Source: an uncultured Verrucomicrobiae bacterium
GTDB taxonomy: Bacteria > Verrucomicrobiota > Verrucomicrobiia > Chthoniobacterales > UBA10450
DNA length: 64,000 nucleotides
Assembly: GCA_963772275.1 (NCBI GenBank)
Contig: CAVYWQ010000001.1
Span: 673,615-737,614, forward strand
Reading direction: 5' to 3'
The translations under genes and the position numbers were made by a program. Shown piece after piece: positions 48,222 to 60,034 of this stretch. Position 1 is the first letter of the stretch. Every line of letters starts with the position of its first letter. The notes under the pieces were generated by a model. That model did no database searches and was not told the origin of the DNA. It worked only from the letters and a program-made list of their open reading frames with translations.

Positions 48222-48772
48222 AAATTGGTGTCGGCGAAACCGCTCCGCACCGGAGGTTTGACACTCTCCGAGGCCACTTTAGCTTATGCCCGCCTTTGAA
48301 TACGGGAACACTCACTCCAACAGCACGCAAGGCGACCGACGACATCCGGGCGGACGCCGAGAAACTGTCACACATCATTCTCGACTTGCAGCGCTGCTTC
48401 GTCCTGCATCTCTCTAACGAGCTGGCGCCGGGCAATGTTTCCTTCCCGCAATTTTTCCTCCTCGCCTACCTCGACCGCAAGGAAGTGCTGACCATGTCGG
48501 CGATCGCCCAAAAAATGGGACACACCACCGCGGCCGCCAGCGGACTGGTCGCGCGTCTGGAAAATCTCAATCTCGTGGTGCGCTCGAGCGCGCGAGAAGA
48601 TCGACGCAAAGTGATGGTCTGTATTACCCCGAAAGGGAGTGAGATGGTGCGCCGCATCCGCGAGCAGGTCGTCGGCAATCTCATGAAAATGATGGCTCTT
48701 CTGACTCCGGACGAGCAGAAAGCGTGGTTGCAGATCTACAGCAAGATCTACGACTATTGCCAATCCAAGTGA
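48212..48772 (+). CDS. MarR family transcriptional regulator
   Basis: Winged-helix core LTMSAIAQKMGHTTAAASGLVARLENLNLVVRSSAREDRRKVMVCITPKG. The start is uncertain: GTG at 48212 overlaps the moeA stop, and an in-frame TTG at 48296 is also possible. Confidence 0.8.
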   Translation: MGLKIGVGETAPHRRFDTLRGHFSLCPPLNTGTLTPTARKATDDIRADAEKLSHIILDLQRCFVLHLSNELAPGNVSFPQFFLLAYLDRKEVLTMSAIAQKMGHTTAAASGLVARLENLNLVVRSSAREDRRKVMVCITPKGSEMVRRIREQVVGNLMKMMALLTPDEQKAWLQIYSKIYDYCQSK

Positions 48773-48877
48773 CGCAGCACGGTGTCGACTTTGCGCGTTG
48801 CTAAAAATTTCGGGAACCGGCTTCACGGCGATTGACCTTTCCCGATCGAGCGGCAAAGATTTCCGCTCTTGCTTAAG

Positions 48878-50386
48878 ATGAAACCATTAATCACTTCGTT
48901 GGCCGCGTTGCTTCTGCTCGGCGTCGGGACCTTGCCGGCCGGCACGGAGACCGAAGTCATGACCGGCGCCGAAATGAACGGCCGCACTTTCACGTTGCCA
49001 AGGGCCATCCTCACCGCATTGCAGCAAAATCCCGACATTTTGCGGGCGCGCCAGGAGATCGAGAGAACGAAGGGACTTTACATTGAAATGCGCGCAGCCA
49101 TTCTGCCGCAGATCGGGGCGACCGGACAGTTCCAGGATGTCGATCCGCACCTCCAGACTTTCGGCACGACCAACATCGGGTTTGCTACCACTGAACGCAG
49201 TTACAGCGTGACGCTGCAGGCAACGCAGGTCATCTTTTCCGGAGGGCGTGTCATTTCGCAGATTCGCGCGGCTGATTTCGAGCGCGATGCAAGCTACTAC
49301 GCTTTTCGCGACGTGATCGACCAGGTCGTGGCGACCGTGCGCCAGCAATTTTATCTCGTCCTGCTCGACAAGGCGCTGATCGGCGTGCAGGAGGAATCGG
49401 TCAAGCTTTTGCAAAGTCAGTTGCAGGATCAGCAAAACCGTTTTGAAGCCGGCACGGTCCCCCGTTTCAATGTCCTGCAGGCGCAGGTCGCGCTCTCCAA
49501 CCAATATCCGCAGCTCATCACGGCGCGTAACAATTATCGTATCGCTCAACTGCAACTGGCGAAGACGCTCGGGCTCGACTTCAACCCGAAACGCGGGGAC
49601 ACCGCACCGTTGCGTGCGGTAGGCGAACTCACCTACGTGCCGCGCAAAGTCCCGCTCATCGACGCCATTGCCGTGGCAAAGCAAAACCGGCCCTTCCTCA
49701 AATCGCAGAAGGCGACCGTCCTGGCCAATCGCGCGCAGGTCAGCGTGGCACGTTCCGGCTATTTTCCGCAGATCAACGCCACCGCCGGTGAGGAATTTCG
49801 AAGCTCGCCTTTCACCGACAACATTCACGATGTCCACAACGGCTATGTTTTCGGAGCGACCGGCAGCTGGGCGATTTGGGATTGGGGTGCGACGTACGGT
49901 CGTGTGAAACAGGCGCGCTCCCTTTTGGAACAATCAAAGATCTCGCTCGACGACGCCGTGCGACAGGTCGAACTGGAAGTGCAGCAGGCCTATTCGAATC
50001 TGTTGCAGGGGCGCGAGCTGATTCAGAGCCAGGAAAAAAATGTCGAGCAAGCCGAGGAAGCGTTGCGCCTGGCCAGCGCGCGACTGAGTGCCGGAGCCGG
50101 CACGCAGCTCGAAGTGCTTGATGCGCGCGTGCAATTAACGACCGCGCAATCGACGCGCCTGCAGGCCCTCTACACTTATAATACGGCGGTTGCCGACTTC
50201 GACCGCGTGACCGCGACCGAAGTGACCTATGCAAGCCAGCTGGATGAACCGGGGACCCGTCGAAAGCTCAAGACCCCGGCCGTGCCGACTCCGCCGCCGA
50301 AGCCAACACCTCTGCCATTGCATCCTTCCTCCGCCATTCGCGAGGAGCGGGTGCAGGCGCGCTCGCAGGAATCGAGCGGAAAATAG
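48878..50386 (+). CDS. TolC family outer-membrane efflux protein
   Basis: Signal peptide MKPLITSLAALLLLGVG. Two OEP repeats with coiled-coil heptads. About 500 aa. Confidence 0.85.
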   Translation: MKPLITSLAALLLLGVGTLPAGTETEVMTGAEMNGRTFTLPRAILTALQQNPDILRARQEIERTKGLYIEMRAAILPQIGATGQFQDVDPHLQTFGTTNIGFATTERSYSVTLQATQVIFSGGRVISQIRAADFERDASYYAFRDVIDQVVATVRQQFYLVLLDKALIGVQEESVKLLQSQLQDQQNRFEAGTVPRFNVLQAQVALSNQYPQLITARNNYRIAQLQLAKTLGLDFNPKRGDTAPLRAVGELTYVPRKVPLIDAIAVAKQNRPFLKSQKATVLANRAQVSVARSGYFPQINATAGEEFRSSPFTDNIHDVHNGYVFGATGSWAIWDWGATYGRVKQARSLLEQSKISLDDAVRQVELEVQQAYSNLLQGRELIQSQEKNVEQAEEALRLASARLSAGAGTQLEVLDARVQLTTAQSTRLQALYTYNTAVADFDRVTATEVTYASQLDEPGTRRKLKTPAVPTPPPKPTPLPLHPSSAIREERVQARSQESSGK

Positions 50387-50397
50387 CGGCTGGTAAA

Positions 50398-51072
50398 TTG
50401 CAGACGCAAAATCTCCCGGTCGAGACGTTCCCCGCTCTCGATGCGCCTGGTCTTTGCCGGCACGCTTTCGTCCGACGCGTGCCAGGCGTCGAAGTTGGTT
50501 TTGACAAAGGAGAAGCGCTCGCCCGCCTCGACGCCGTTCATGGTCAGGTGCGCGCCGCTTTTGGTCTTGAGAAACGCAAGTTCCTCACGGCGGAGCAGGT
50601 TCACGGCGATCGGCTCGCAATCATCGATCGCCCCGTGAAAGGCCAGGGCTGCTTTGCCGGCTGCGATGGTCTGCTTACCAATCAGGGCGACGTTTGCCTC
50701 GGTATTTATGTAGCTGATTGCTGCGCCCTTTATCTGGTTGACCCCGTCCGGCGCTGCGTCGGTCTCGTGCATTCGGGCAAGAAAGGAACGGAGCTGGGCA
50801 TCGCGACGCGGGCCATCGCGCAATTGCAGGAAACGTTTGGCTGCCCGCCTAACGACTTAATCGCGCAGTTAAGCCCGTGCATCCGGCCGCCGCACTATGA
50901 AGTGGATTTCGCAGCCGAAATCGTGCGCCAATGTCATGAAGCCGGCCTTCAGAACGTGCACGATTGCGGTGTCTCCACCGCCACCGACCCCAGCCGCTAC
51001 TATTCCTACCGCATGGAAAAAGGCCGGACGGGCCGCATGCTCGCCCTGCTGGCTTTATCCGAGCCGGAGTAA
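50398..51072 (+). CDS. pgeF: YfiH/PgeF family (laccase-domain, peptidoglycan editing factor-like) protein
   Basis: 224 aa with a TTG start. Motifs QVHGD, ADCCALYL and YSYR, typical of the DUF152/YfiH family. Confidence 0.8.
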   Translation: MQTQNLPVETFPALDAPGLCRHAFVRRVPGVEVGFDKGEALARLDAVHGQVRAAFGLEKRKFLTAEQVHGDRLAIIDRPVKGQGCFAGCDGLLTNQGDVCLGIYVADCCALYLVDPVRRCVGLVHSGKKGTELGIATRAIAQLQETFGCPPNDLIAQLSPCIRPPHYEVDFAAEIVRQCHEAGLQNVHDCGVSTATDPSRYYSYRMEKGRTGRMLALLALSEPE

Positions 51073-51240
51073 CCGTTGGGATGCCTCGAGTGCAGCGATT
51101 TGCCGCCGCACATTTGCGAATCCGCAGCACCTCATTCCCCAAGGCGGTTTGTTAGACCGTTCGTGTATGAGAAGCCCCGCGCCACCCACATCACAAAAAG
51201 CGGAAGGGCGCCTTCGTTTCCGAAAGCGCCCTTCATTTGC

Positions 51241-51636
51241 AATGGCGATAAGCCGAATTCTGTCGGCGTGATTACTCACGCGGATGATCATTTATCTCAG
51301 CTCACTTGCGTGAGCCGCCCGTCGCGCTTGCGCGTGACATGATGCGACTAACCCGAGGATCAACGGACCGGCTGCCCTTCCTCTGTTGCGTCTTGCACCG
51401 CATGGGGTTTTTCGTGCCTCGCGGATTACTCCGCGAGCGGTGAGCTTTTACCTCGCCTTTTCACCCTTACCTTTCCTTCGTTGCCAAAGAACCGGCGGTC
51501 TCATTTTCTGTGACACTTTCCGTCGCCGCCCCTTTTCAAGCGGCGGCGCCCGCGCGTTTTGCGCGGCATGTTGCCGTATGGTGTTCGGACTTTCCTCTGG
51601 CCAGCCTGACGACCGGCCAGCGATCATCTGCCATCA
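51241..51636 (-). ncRNA. rnpB: RNase P RNA (bacterial type A)
   Basis: The minus strand carries the universally conserved P4 strands AGAGGAAAGTCCGAACACC and ACAGAATTCGGCTTATCG, plus GGTAAGGGTGAAAAGG and GGTAAAAGCTCACCG. The ends are paired (P1) and approximate to about +/-5 nt. Confidence 0.9.
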
Positions 51637-51683
51637 AGCACCATTCTAACGCCTTCGCCGCGGGCGGGCAACTGCCGCTTCGT

Positions 51684-52409
51684 TCAGTGCTTCGTCTCGC
51701 TCCGGCTCCGCAGCGAATCGGCCCAATGGACGAGGAAAAATTTCTTTTCGCGCGGCAGGAAATGATCGGAGCGACCAATGATGGGCCGCAAGGCCGTGGC
51801 CATTTGGACACAAACAAGGATGAAGATGAGCGCCCAGATTTTCAGGTGCCCCGCTTCCGTTGCTCGCAATTGCCGGGCCATTGCTCCGATCAGGCGCAGT
51901 CCGAAAAGCGTCCCGATTCCCCAAAAAAGAAGATGAAGCGCGCCCATCAGTGGAATGGAATCGGTCGATTGCGAAAAAATCCAGGCGACAGGCGCAAAAC
52001 CGATGAGGAGCATGGCCGCCACGCAGACGGCCGCCAGCATCACTCCCGCGACAGCGCGCAGGTGTACCTCGATTCCGGCGAGGCAGGTAAAAATGTAGAG
52101 GCTGGGCAGGCAAAGAGCGACGGCCAGCGATGTGCCGAGCATCAATTTTGCCGGAGCGATCACCAGCTGCATTCCGCCGGTCAAACTTCCGACGACCACG
52201 CCATAGAGCGCCATGCCAAAGAGTCCAAGTGCGAGCAGCCAAAGGACTACCGCCGATCGTTTGTTCTCAATCAGCTCGAAGAGGATGCGGCCCGGTGTTT
52301 TGAGGAGGGTCTCGAGGATGAGAAGCGGTCTTGCTTCCCCTGGCATGGGAGCGAAGCGGAAGCGGTTGACGGAGGCTGGGAGCGGAGGCGGTGTTTGGTC
52401 GTTAGGCAT
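51684..52409 (-). CDS. polytopic membrane protein (paralogue of 52433..53116)
   Basis: 241 aa, about 5-6 TM helices. Shared C-terminal motif ATALRPIIG versus AWVLRPFIG in the neighbour. Confidence 0.65.
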   Translation of the reverse strand: MPNDQTPPPLPASVNRFRFAPMPGEARPLLILETLLKTPGRILFELIENKRSAVVLWLLALGLFGMALYGVVVGSLTGGMQLVIAPAKLMLGTSLAVALCLPSLYIFTCLAGIEVHLRAVAGVMLAAVCVAAMLLIGFAPVAWIFSQSTDSIPLMGALHLLFWGIGTLFGLRLIGAMARQLRATEAGHLKIWALIFILVCVQMATALRPIIGRSDHFLPREKKFFLVHWADSLRSRSETKH

Positions 52410-52432
52410 ATCGATTGGTTGGTTGACGTTGT

Positions 52433-53116
52433 TCAGAAAAGGAAATGCCGCAGAGCGTGGCCGACAGATTCGAAGAAATTTCCGCGCAGCGGGTCGGGAC
52501 GAAAAAATTGGACGACGAGCCCGGGACTGCCGATGAATGGCCGCAATACCCAGGCCAGCTGGCTGCCGAGAAGGAGATTACCGCCCAGCCAGCCAAACAG
52601 AGTTTGTCGTGCCATGCGGTCGCGGGTTCTCGTCTTTAGAAAAGCAAGCAACCTTCGATTTCCCGCGATGCCGGCACAGGCAATCAAGCCGACATGACTC
52701 AGGAGGATGACGCTATGACTCATGATGGGCGTCCCCGCGGACAGCGGCGGTGTGTTCCAGAGGAGAAAAAGCGTGACTGGCGTCAACGCGCCAAGGAGTA
52801 ACGCGGTGATGGCAAAGCTGCTCAGAATGGCGAGAAACGTTTGCCGAAAAGTCAGGTCCGAACCGAAAAGCTGCGCCAGCAATCCGTTGAGCAACGCGTT
52901 GCCGCCGCAAGTGAGAAAAATAAGAAGGGGAAATTTGATTGCGGTAAAGGCCGCCTGGAGCGGCGCACGCCACAGGCCGACCGTCGCGCCATAGACGCCG
53001 GCACCGACCAGGATCATGCCGCCACAGACAACGAAATGCCTGGAACCCGCGCGTTCAACAAGCGCCTTCAGCTCGCTGGTTCCGCCACACAGTAACGTCC
53101 TTACTGTCCGCCACAT
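52433..53116 (-). CDS. polytopic membrane protein (paralogue of 51684..52409)
   Basis: 227 aa, about 5-6 TM helices. Overlaps the ispH stop by 16 nt. Confidence 0.65.
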   Translation of the reverse strand: MWRTVRTLLCGGTSELKALVERAGSRHFVVCGGMILVGAGVYGATVGLWRAPLQAAFTAIKFPLLIFLTCGGNALLNGLLAQLFGSDLTFRQTFLAILSSFAITALLLGALTPVTLFLLWNTPPLSAGTPIMSHSVILLSHVGLIACAGIAGNRRLLAFLKTRTRDRMARQTLFGWLGGNLLLGSQLAWVLRPFIGSPGLVVQFFRPDPLRGNFFESVGHALRHFLF

Positions 53117-53979
53117 CTCTTCTCGTTGTGGTTGCCGCTTGGAGCGAAGCTGAGCAATCGCCCCCGCACCGCCTCCACAGTTTCCGGCAGCGTGGACGTC
53201 CCTGCGGTCACGCCGACGACCGCTACCCCCGCGAAGTCCGCCGGGATGAGCTCCTCCGCGCGTTCGACATGAATGGCGCGCCGGCCAGCCGCGCGGCAGG
53301 TCTCGACCAATTGCCGGGTGTTGTTGCTTTCGCGGCCGCCAACCACCACGATCACTTCCGCCTGCGCGATGAGATTTTGAAGCGCCCGTTGGCGGTCCTT
53401 TGTCGGTTTACAGACAGTGTCGACAAATCGCACCTCGGCCGCGGGCCGCGCTCGGCGAATCACGGCCACGAGCGAACGCACCCGCTCGATCGGCTGCGTT
53501 GTTTGCGAGATGATCCCATAACGCCGGGCAGTTGGGAGCCGCCTAATGTCGTCTTCGGAACCAAGCACGACCGACTCCGGAAAATCTTCCGTCAGGCCGC
53601 GCACTTCGACATGACCGATGTGTCCGATGACAACCGGGAAAAAACCTGCCGCCACCAGCTCGCGCAACTGCGCATGCGCGTGACGCACAAGCGGGCAGGT
53701 GCCATCGGCAATCGGGAAGCCGGTCCGGCGCAGAGCAGCGCGTTGCGTGTCGGAAATACCGTGTGCCGTAATCATGAGGCCCCCGACGTGCTCATTAGGC
53801 AAGGTCGCGAGTTCGCTTTCCTGCACGCCCTGCGCGCGCAGGCGTTCGCGTACGACGGGATTGTGCACGAGCTCGCCCAGGACGGTCAGCGGCGCCTTGC
53901 GCGCGAGGCGCTCGGCCTGAGCGATCGCGTCGCGCACCCCGAAGCAAATGCCAAAATGCTGGGCGAGGATAATTTTCAT
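53101..53979 (-). CDS. ispH: 4-hydroxy-3-methylbut-2-enyl diphosphate reductase
   Basis: ORF trimmed to MKIILAQHFGICFGVRDAI.... Conserved Cys ligands (CFGV, DGTCPLV, TVCKPT). Confidence 0.9.
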   Translation of the reverse strand: MKIILAQHFGICFGVRDAIAQAERLARKAPLTVLGELVHNPVVRERLRAQGVQESELATLPNEHVGGLMITAHGISDTQRAALRRTGFPIADGTCPLVRHAHAQLRELVAAGFFPVVIGHIGHVEVRGLTEDFPESVVLGSEDDIRRLPTARRYGIISQTTQPIERVRSLVAVIRRARPAAEVRFVDTVCKPTKDRQRALQNLIAQAEVIVVVGGRESNNTRQLVETCRAAGRRAIHVERAEELIPADFAGVAVVGVTAGTSTLPETVEAVRGRLLSFAPSGNHNEKRCGGQ

Positions 53980-54036
53980 CGGAAATTCGATCCGTTTAGA
54001 GTTACTTTGTGTCACAAAGTTTAGCGGCAAATTTTT

Positions 54037-54333
54037 TTATTTCTTTCCCATCTTTACGATTTGCTCCAGGACGTGCAGATAATCCTGGAAATGCGCGCGG
54101 CCCTTGACCGTGAGTGAGTAGCTCGTCTGCGGCCGGTCGAGCATTTCCTTGGTCACGGCGACCAGGCCGAGCTTGTGCAGCGTCCGCAGGTGCGAGATCA
54201 GGTTGCCATCGCTCATTTTCAGCTCCGCTTTCAGATCCTGAAAGGGCCAGCTCACACGTGTCGCCAAAAGCGTCATAATGGCGAGCCGCCCTTTTTCGTG
54301 GATCGCCTTGTCGAGCTTGTCGAAGTCGAGCAT
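54037..54333 (-). CDS. winged-helix transcriptional regulator (ArsR/HTH_34-like)
   Basis: 98 aa. IHEKGRLAIMTLLATRVSWPFQDLKAELKMSDGNLISHLRTLHKLGLV. Confidence 0.75.
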   Translation of the reverse strand: MLDFDKLDKAIHEKGRLAIMTLLATRVSWPFQDLKAELKMSDGNLISHLRTLHKLGLVAVTKEMLDRPQTSYSLTVKGRAHFQDYLHVLEQIVKMGKK

Positions 54334-54336
54334 CGC

Positions 54337-55005
54337 TCATTCGAAAACGGTTGCGCCGGCCGCAGCGGCAACGGCACTGCGACGCGGCCAGGTGCAGACG
54401 GCATAGACGATGTGATAAACACCGAAGGTCAGACCCATGAAAAAATTGGGAAAGAGATGAGAAGGCAGATCGTCCAGGAAAAAGAGGATCGTGGGAATGA
54501 ACAGAGCCGTGAGCAGAAAGGCCCATCCCAGAATGGAAAGCGAACGCGGCGCGAAGAACGTGGTGGAAAGCAAAGCCAGCCCATAAAAGGCGATCCAGCA
54601 GGTCACGAGGAGAATCTCGGTGTCGCCCAGGTAGCCCTGGCGCAGAAACCAAATCGTGGTGGCTGCGGGAATGAGCAGGCAGGGCGCAAAGGCCCGGATA
54701 GCCAGGCGCATCCCGGAAGAAATAAAGGGCCGACCGGCCCGGTTCGCTTCGCGCCAGACAAAGAATGTGTTAACCGCCAGCATCACCACGAGCAAACCAA
54801 GCCAGACGAACGCGAATTTCTTCGAATACGTGTACGAGATCCAGTCGGGCGACTTTGCGGCGTAGTGGAGACCGATCGAAACGCCGAGGGCGAGGATCCC
54901 GCCGACCAATGCGGTCGGCGACGAGATCGCGCGATAAACGGTGGCCCGTTCCATCAGGGCACGGATGATGCGAAGGTGCTCCTCGGCTCGCGCTCGTTCG
55001 TCCAT
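54337..55005 (-). CDS. membrane protein co-transcribed with the winged-helix regulator
   Basis: ORF trimmed to MDERARAEEHLRIIRALMERATVYRAISSP.... About 6 TM helices. Ends 3 nt before the regulator's start. Confidence 0.6.
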   Translation of the reverse strand: MDERARAEEHLRIIRALMERATVYRAISSPTALVGGILALGVSIGLHYAAKSPDWISYTYSKKFAFVWLGLLVVMLAVNTFFVWREANRAGRPFISSGMRLAIRAFAPCLLIPAATTIWFLRQGYLGDTEILLVTCWIAFYGLALLSTTFFAPRSLSILGWAFLLTALFIPTILFFLDDLPSHLFPNFFMGLTFGVYHIVYAVCTWPRRSAVAAAAGATVFE

Positions 55006-55057
55006 GGGATAGCTTTGTAATACAAAGCTTGTGTCGAGGCAAGCGCTTTTTTGCCAA

Positions 55058-55546
55058 TCAGAATGGTGAAGGCGTCGTCGCCAAAAACCAGCTGACCATG
55101 ATGATACCGATGATGAGCTTGCCCAGGATTCCTCCGAGGTTTCCAAGCAATGTCCCCCACCCGGCCCGGCCCGCCGCGACCAGACGCTGGCCCCCGATCA
55201 TTTCGCCTGCAACCGCGCCGACGATCGGACCGAGCAGCAACCATGGGAGCGGAAAGAACAAACCGACGAGCGTTCCCGCGAGAGCGCCAAATAATCCCCA
55301 GCGCGTCGCCCCGAAGCGTTTGGCGCCGACATAGCCGGCCGCGAAATCGAAACCGTAAGAAATCAGCGTCAGCAGGAGCAAAACAGTGAGGCTGCGCCAA
55401 CCGATACCGCCTTCCGGCCCGACCATGATGCGATGGAGAACGGCCGCCGCCAGGATGACCGTCGTGCCCGGAAAAATAGGGAGCACAGTGCCGATGAGTC
55501 CAATGGCCATCAGGATCAGAGCGATGAACCACCAGAGGAGGTGCAT
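55058..55546 (-). CDS. DUF456 family membrane protein
   Basis: 162 aa. MHLLWWFIALILMAIGLIGTVLPIFPGTTVILAA is a typical DUF456 N-terminus. Confidence 0.75.
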   Translation of the reverse strand: MHLLWWFIALILMAIGLIGTVLPIFPGTTVILAAAVLHRIMVGPEGGIGWRSLTVLLLLTLISYGFDFAAGYVGAKRFGATRWGLFGALAGTLVGLFFPLPWLLLGPIVGAVAGEMIGGQRLVAAGRAGWGTLLGNLGGILGKLIIGIIMVSWFLATTPSPF

Positions 55547-55668
55547 GGAGCATGTTACATCGAGAATCGTTACATCGTGAATCGCATCGTCGGAGCCGAT
55601 CCACGATTCTCGATTCTCGAATCACGGAACCCTTTGACCCTCTCAAGGCCGCTCCTATACTGAATTCC

Positions 55669-56163
55669 ATGGCACTCCAAGTCGGCAGTAAGGCACCAGA
55701 TTTCAGTTTACCCACCAAGACGGCCGACGGCCCGAAGCAGGTCAGGTTGAGCGATAATTTTGGCAGGAAGAACACGCTGCTGCTCTTTTTTCCGATGGCC
55801 TTTACCGGCACGTGCACGACGGAGATGTGCGACACGAGCAACGCGCTCGATGCGTACGCGGGAATGAATGCCGAAGTTTACGGCATCAGCGGCGACAATC
55901 CGTTCGCGCAGGAAGCGTGGGCGCAAAAGGAGAAAATCGGCGTGACGTTGTTGAGCGACTACGAGCACAAGGTCACGAAAGCGTACGATGTCGCCTACGA
56001 TGCGTTCTTGCCGCAATTGAATTTGGGAATGGCCGGCGTGGCGAAACGGTCCGCCTTCATCATCGATAAGAATGGCGTCATTCAATATGCCGAGCGCCTG
56101 GAGGACGCGCGGCAGTTGCCCGATTTCGAAAAGATCAAAGCGAAGCTGAAGGAGATGAAGTGA
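55669..56163 (+). CDS. peroxiredoxin (AhpC/TSA-redoxin family)
   Basis: ORF trimmed to MALQVGSKAPDFSLPT.... Peroxidatic Cys context FFPMAFTGTCTTEMC. Confidence 0.88.
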   Translation: MALQVGSKAPDFSLPTKTADGPKQVRLSDNFGRKNTLLLFFPMAFTGTCTTEMCDTSNALDAYAGMNAEVYGISGDNPFAQEAWAQKEKIGVTLLSDYEHKVTKAYDVAYDAFLPQLNLGMAGVAKRSAFIIDKNGVIQYAERLEDARQLPDFEKIKAKLKEMK

Positions 56164-56177
56164 AGAACCAAAGCGTT

Positions 56178-56254
56178 GTCATCCCGAGCAAAAACGAGGG
56201 ACCTGACAAGGTCGGAGATGATTTGCGAGGTCCTTCGCTTTCGCTCAGGATGAC
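56178..56254. repeat. imperfect 26-bp inverted repeat (22/26) between the peroxiredoxin gene and acnA
   Basis: Left arm GTCATCCCGAGCAAAAACGAGGGACC (56178..56203) and right arm GGTCCTTCGCTTTCGCTCAGGATGAC (56229..56254). Ends 9 nt before the acnA ATG. Confidence 0.75.
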
Positions 56255-56263
56255 GGGGGCGAC

Positions 56264-59168
<2,905 letters not shown>

Positions 59169-59173
<5 letters not shown>

Positions 59174-59232
59174 AGGCGCCTGTGTCAGGCGCCGCCCTGT
59201 TTTGCCCGGCGCCTGGCACAGGCGCCTCTACA
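59169..59232. repeat. REP-like palindrome TGTAGAGGCGCC...GGCGCCTCTACA, probable bidirectional terminator
   Basis: 25-nt arms TGTAGAGGCGCCTGTGTCAGGCGCC / GGCGCCTGGCACAGGCGCCTCTACA around a 14-nt loop. The left arm contains the acnA stop TAG and the right arm the stop of the convergent DUF2071 gene. Confidence 0.85.
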
Positions 59233-59944
59233 CCAATTCTCGGGTGCGACGTTGCACGGTAATGGCGGAACCTTCGGCAATGAAGCCGGAGAAGGCGGGC
59301 TGAGCCAGCGTTTCGACAAACTGCTTGCCGTAGAGCGCAGCCACGTTCGCGTCGAAGCGCGAGCTTTCGGCCGGCCAATATTTCCAACGCGCATGCTCGA
59401 CGCGGTACTCGCTCACGCGAGGGCCGACCTTCGTATAGCCCCAGTAATGCTCGGTGATAAATTCCTCATGCGAATCCTGCGCGGAACCTTGCGACTCTCC
59501 GCTCGCCGACATGGCCAGCGTTTCCCATTTCGACTTTCGCTTCCATTGATATTCGATCGTGAACCGGTCGCCATCGGGCGTGAACTCGTGTCGCATCGGA
59601 ACGGCCAGATACGGTTCTCCGTAGAAAGCGCGTGCGACGATGGCGATGGCGGGCTTCGGAACAAGTTCGCGCACGAAAACGACGCCGCGCCGCCACGTGT
59701 CGGCTGATTTTCGACGCACATAAAAACGCAGATTCACTTCTTGGAAATCGCGATGCCGCGGAATGGGAAGGCCCAGCACGCGCGTATCGAGAAAAAGGAA
59801 GCCGACGACGCTGACGAAAGTCCGGCCGTTGTGAAAATCCAGCTCCGTTCCGTCGGGCACGAGCGGCGCGAGCAAATCGGGATCGACTACGAAATTGAGC
59901 ATGGCGAGGTAACGCCAGTTCGCCGTCAGAAATGGCTTCAACAT
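59228..59944 (-). CDS. DUF2071 (YqjF-like) family protein
   Basis: 238 aa. N-terminus LTANWRYLAMLNFVVDPDLLAPLVPDGTELDFHNGRTFVSVVGFLF is typical of DUF2071. Confidence 0.75.
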   Translation of the reverse strand: MLKPFLTANWRYLAMLNFVVDPDLLAPLVPDGTELDFHNGRTFVSVVGFLFLDTRVLGLPIPRHRDFQEVNLRFYVRRKSADTWRRGVVFVRELVPKPAIAIVARAFYGEPYLAVPMRHEFTPDGDRFTIEYQWKRKSKWETLAMSASGESQGSAQDSHEEFITEHYWGYTKVGPRVSEYRVEHARWKYWPAESSRFDANVAALYGKQFVETLAQPAFSGFIAEGSAITVQRRTRELV

Positions 59945-59951
59945 GGAAAGG

Positions 59952-60016
59952 TGTAGAGGCGCTTGTGCCAGGCGCAGCCCGTTTTCGACTCGGCGCCTGG
60001 CACAAGCGCCTCTACA
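59952..60016. repeat. REP-like palindrome, second copy
   Basis: Arms TGTAGAGGCGCTTGTGCCAGGCGC / GCGCCTGGCACAAGCGCCTCTACA. Begins 8 nt upstream of the DUF2071 ATG and lies 19 nt downstream of the TPR gene stop. Confidence 0.85.
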
Positions 60017-60034
60017 TCAATCGCGTCTGAACAT

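Noticed and set aside
48887-49933. 348-aa minus-strand ORF. Other long antisense ORFs of the same kind: 13116..14093, 11212..12144, 11334..12260, 15349..16533, 53128..54024, 23947..24930, 54175..55020
   Set aside because: All overlap, on the opposite strand or out of frame, genes with clear family signatures. Their composition is dominated by Arg/Gly/Ala/Pro as expected for non-coding frames at high GC.
51386-52697. + strand ORFs of 87 and 395 aa (51386..51649, 51510..52697)
   Set aside because: Their 5' parts lie on the RNase P RNA gene, where conserved P4 and other motifs are present on the minus strand. The remainder is antisense to a coherent polytopic membrane protein.
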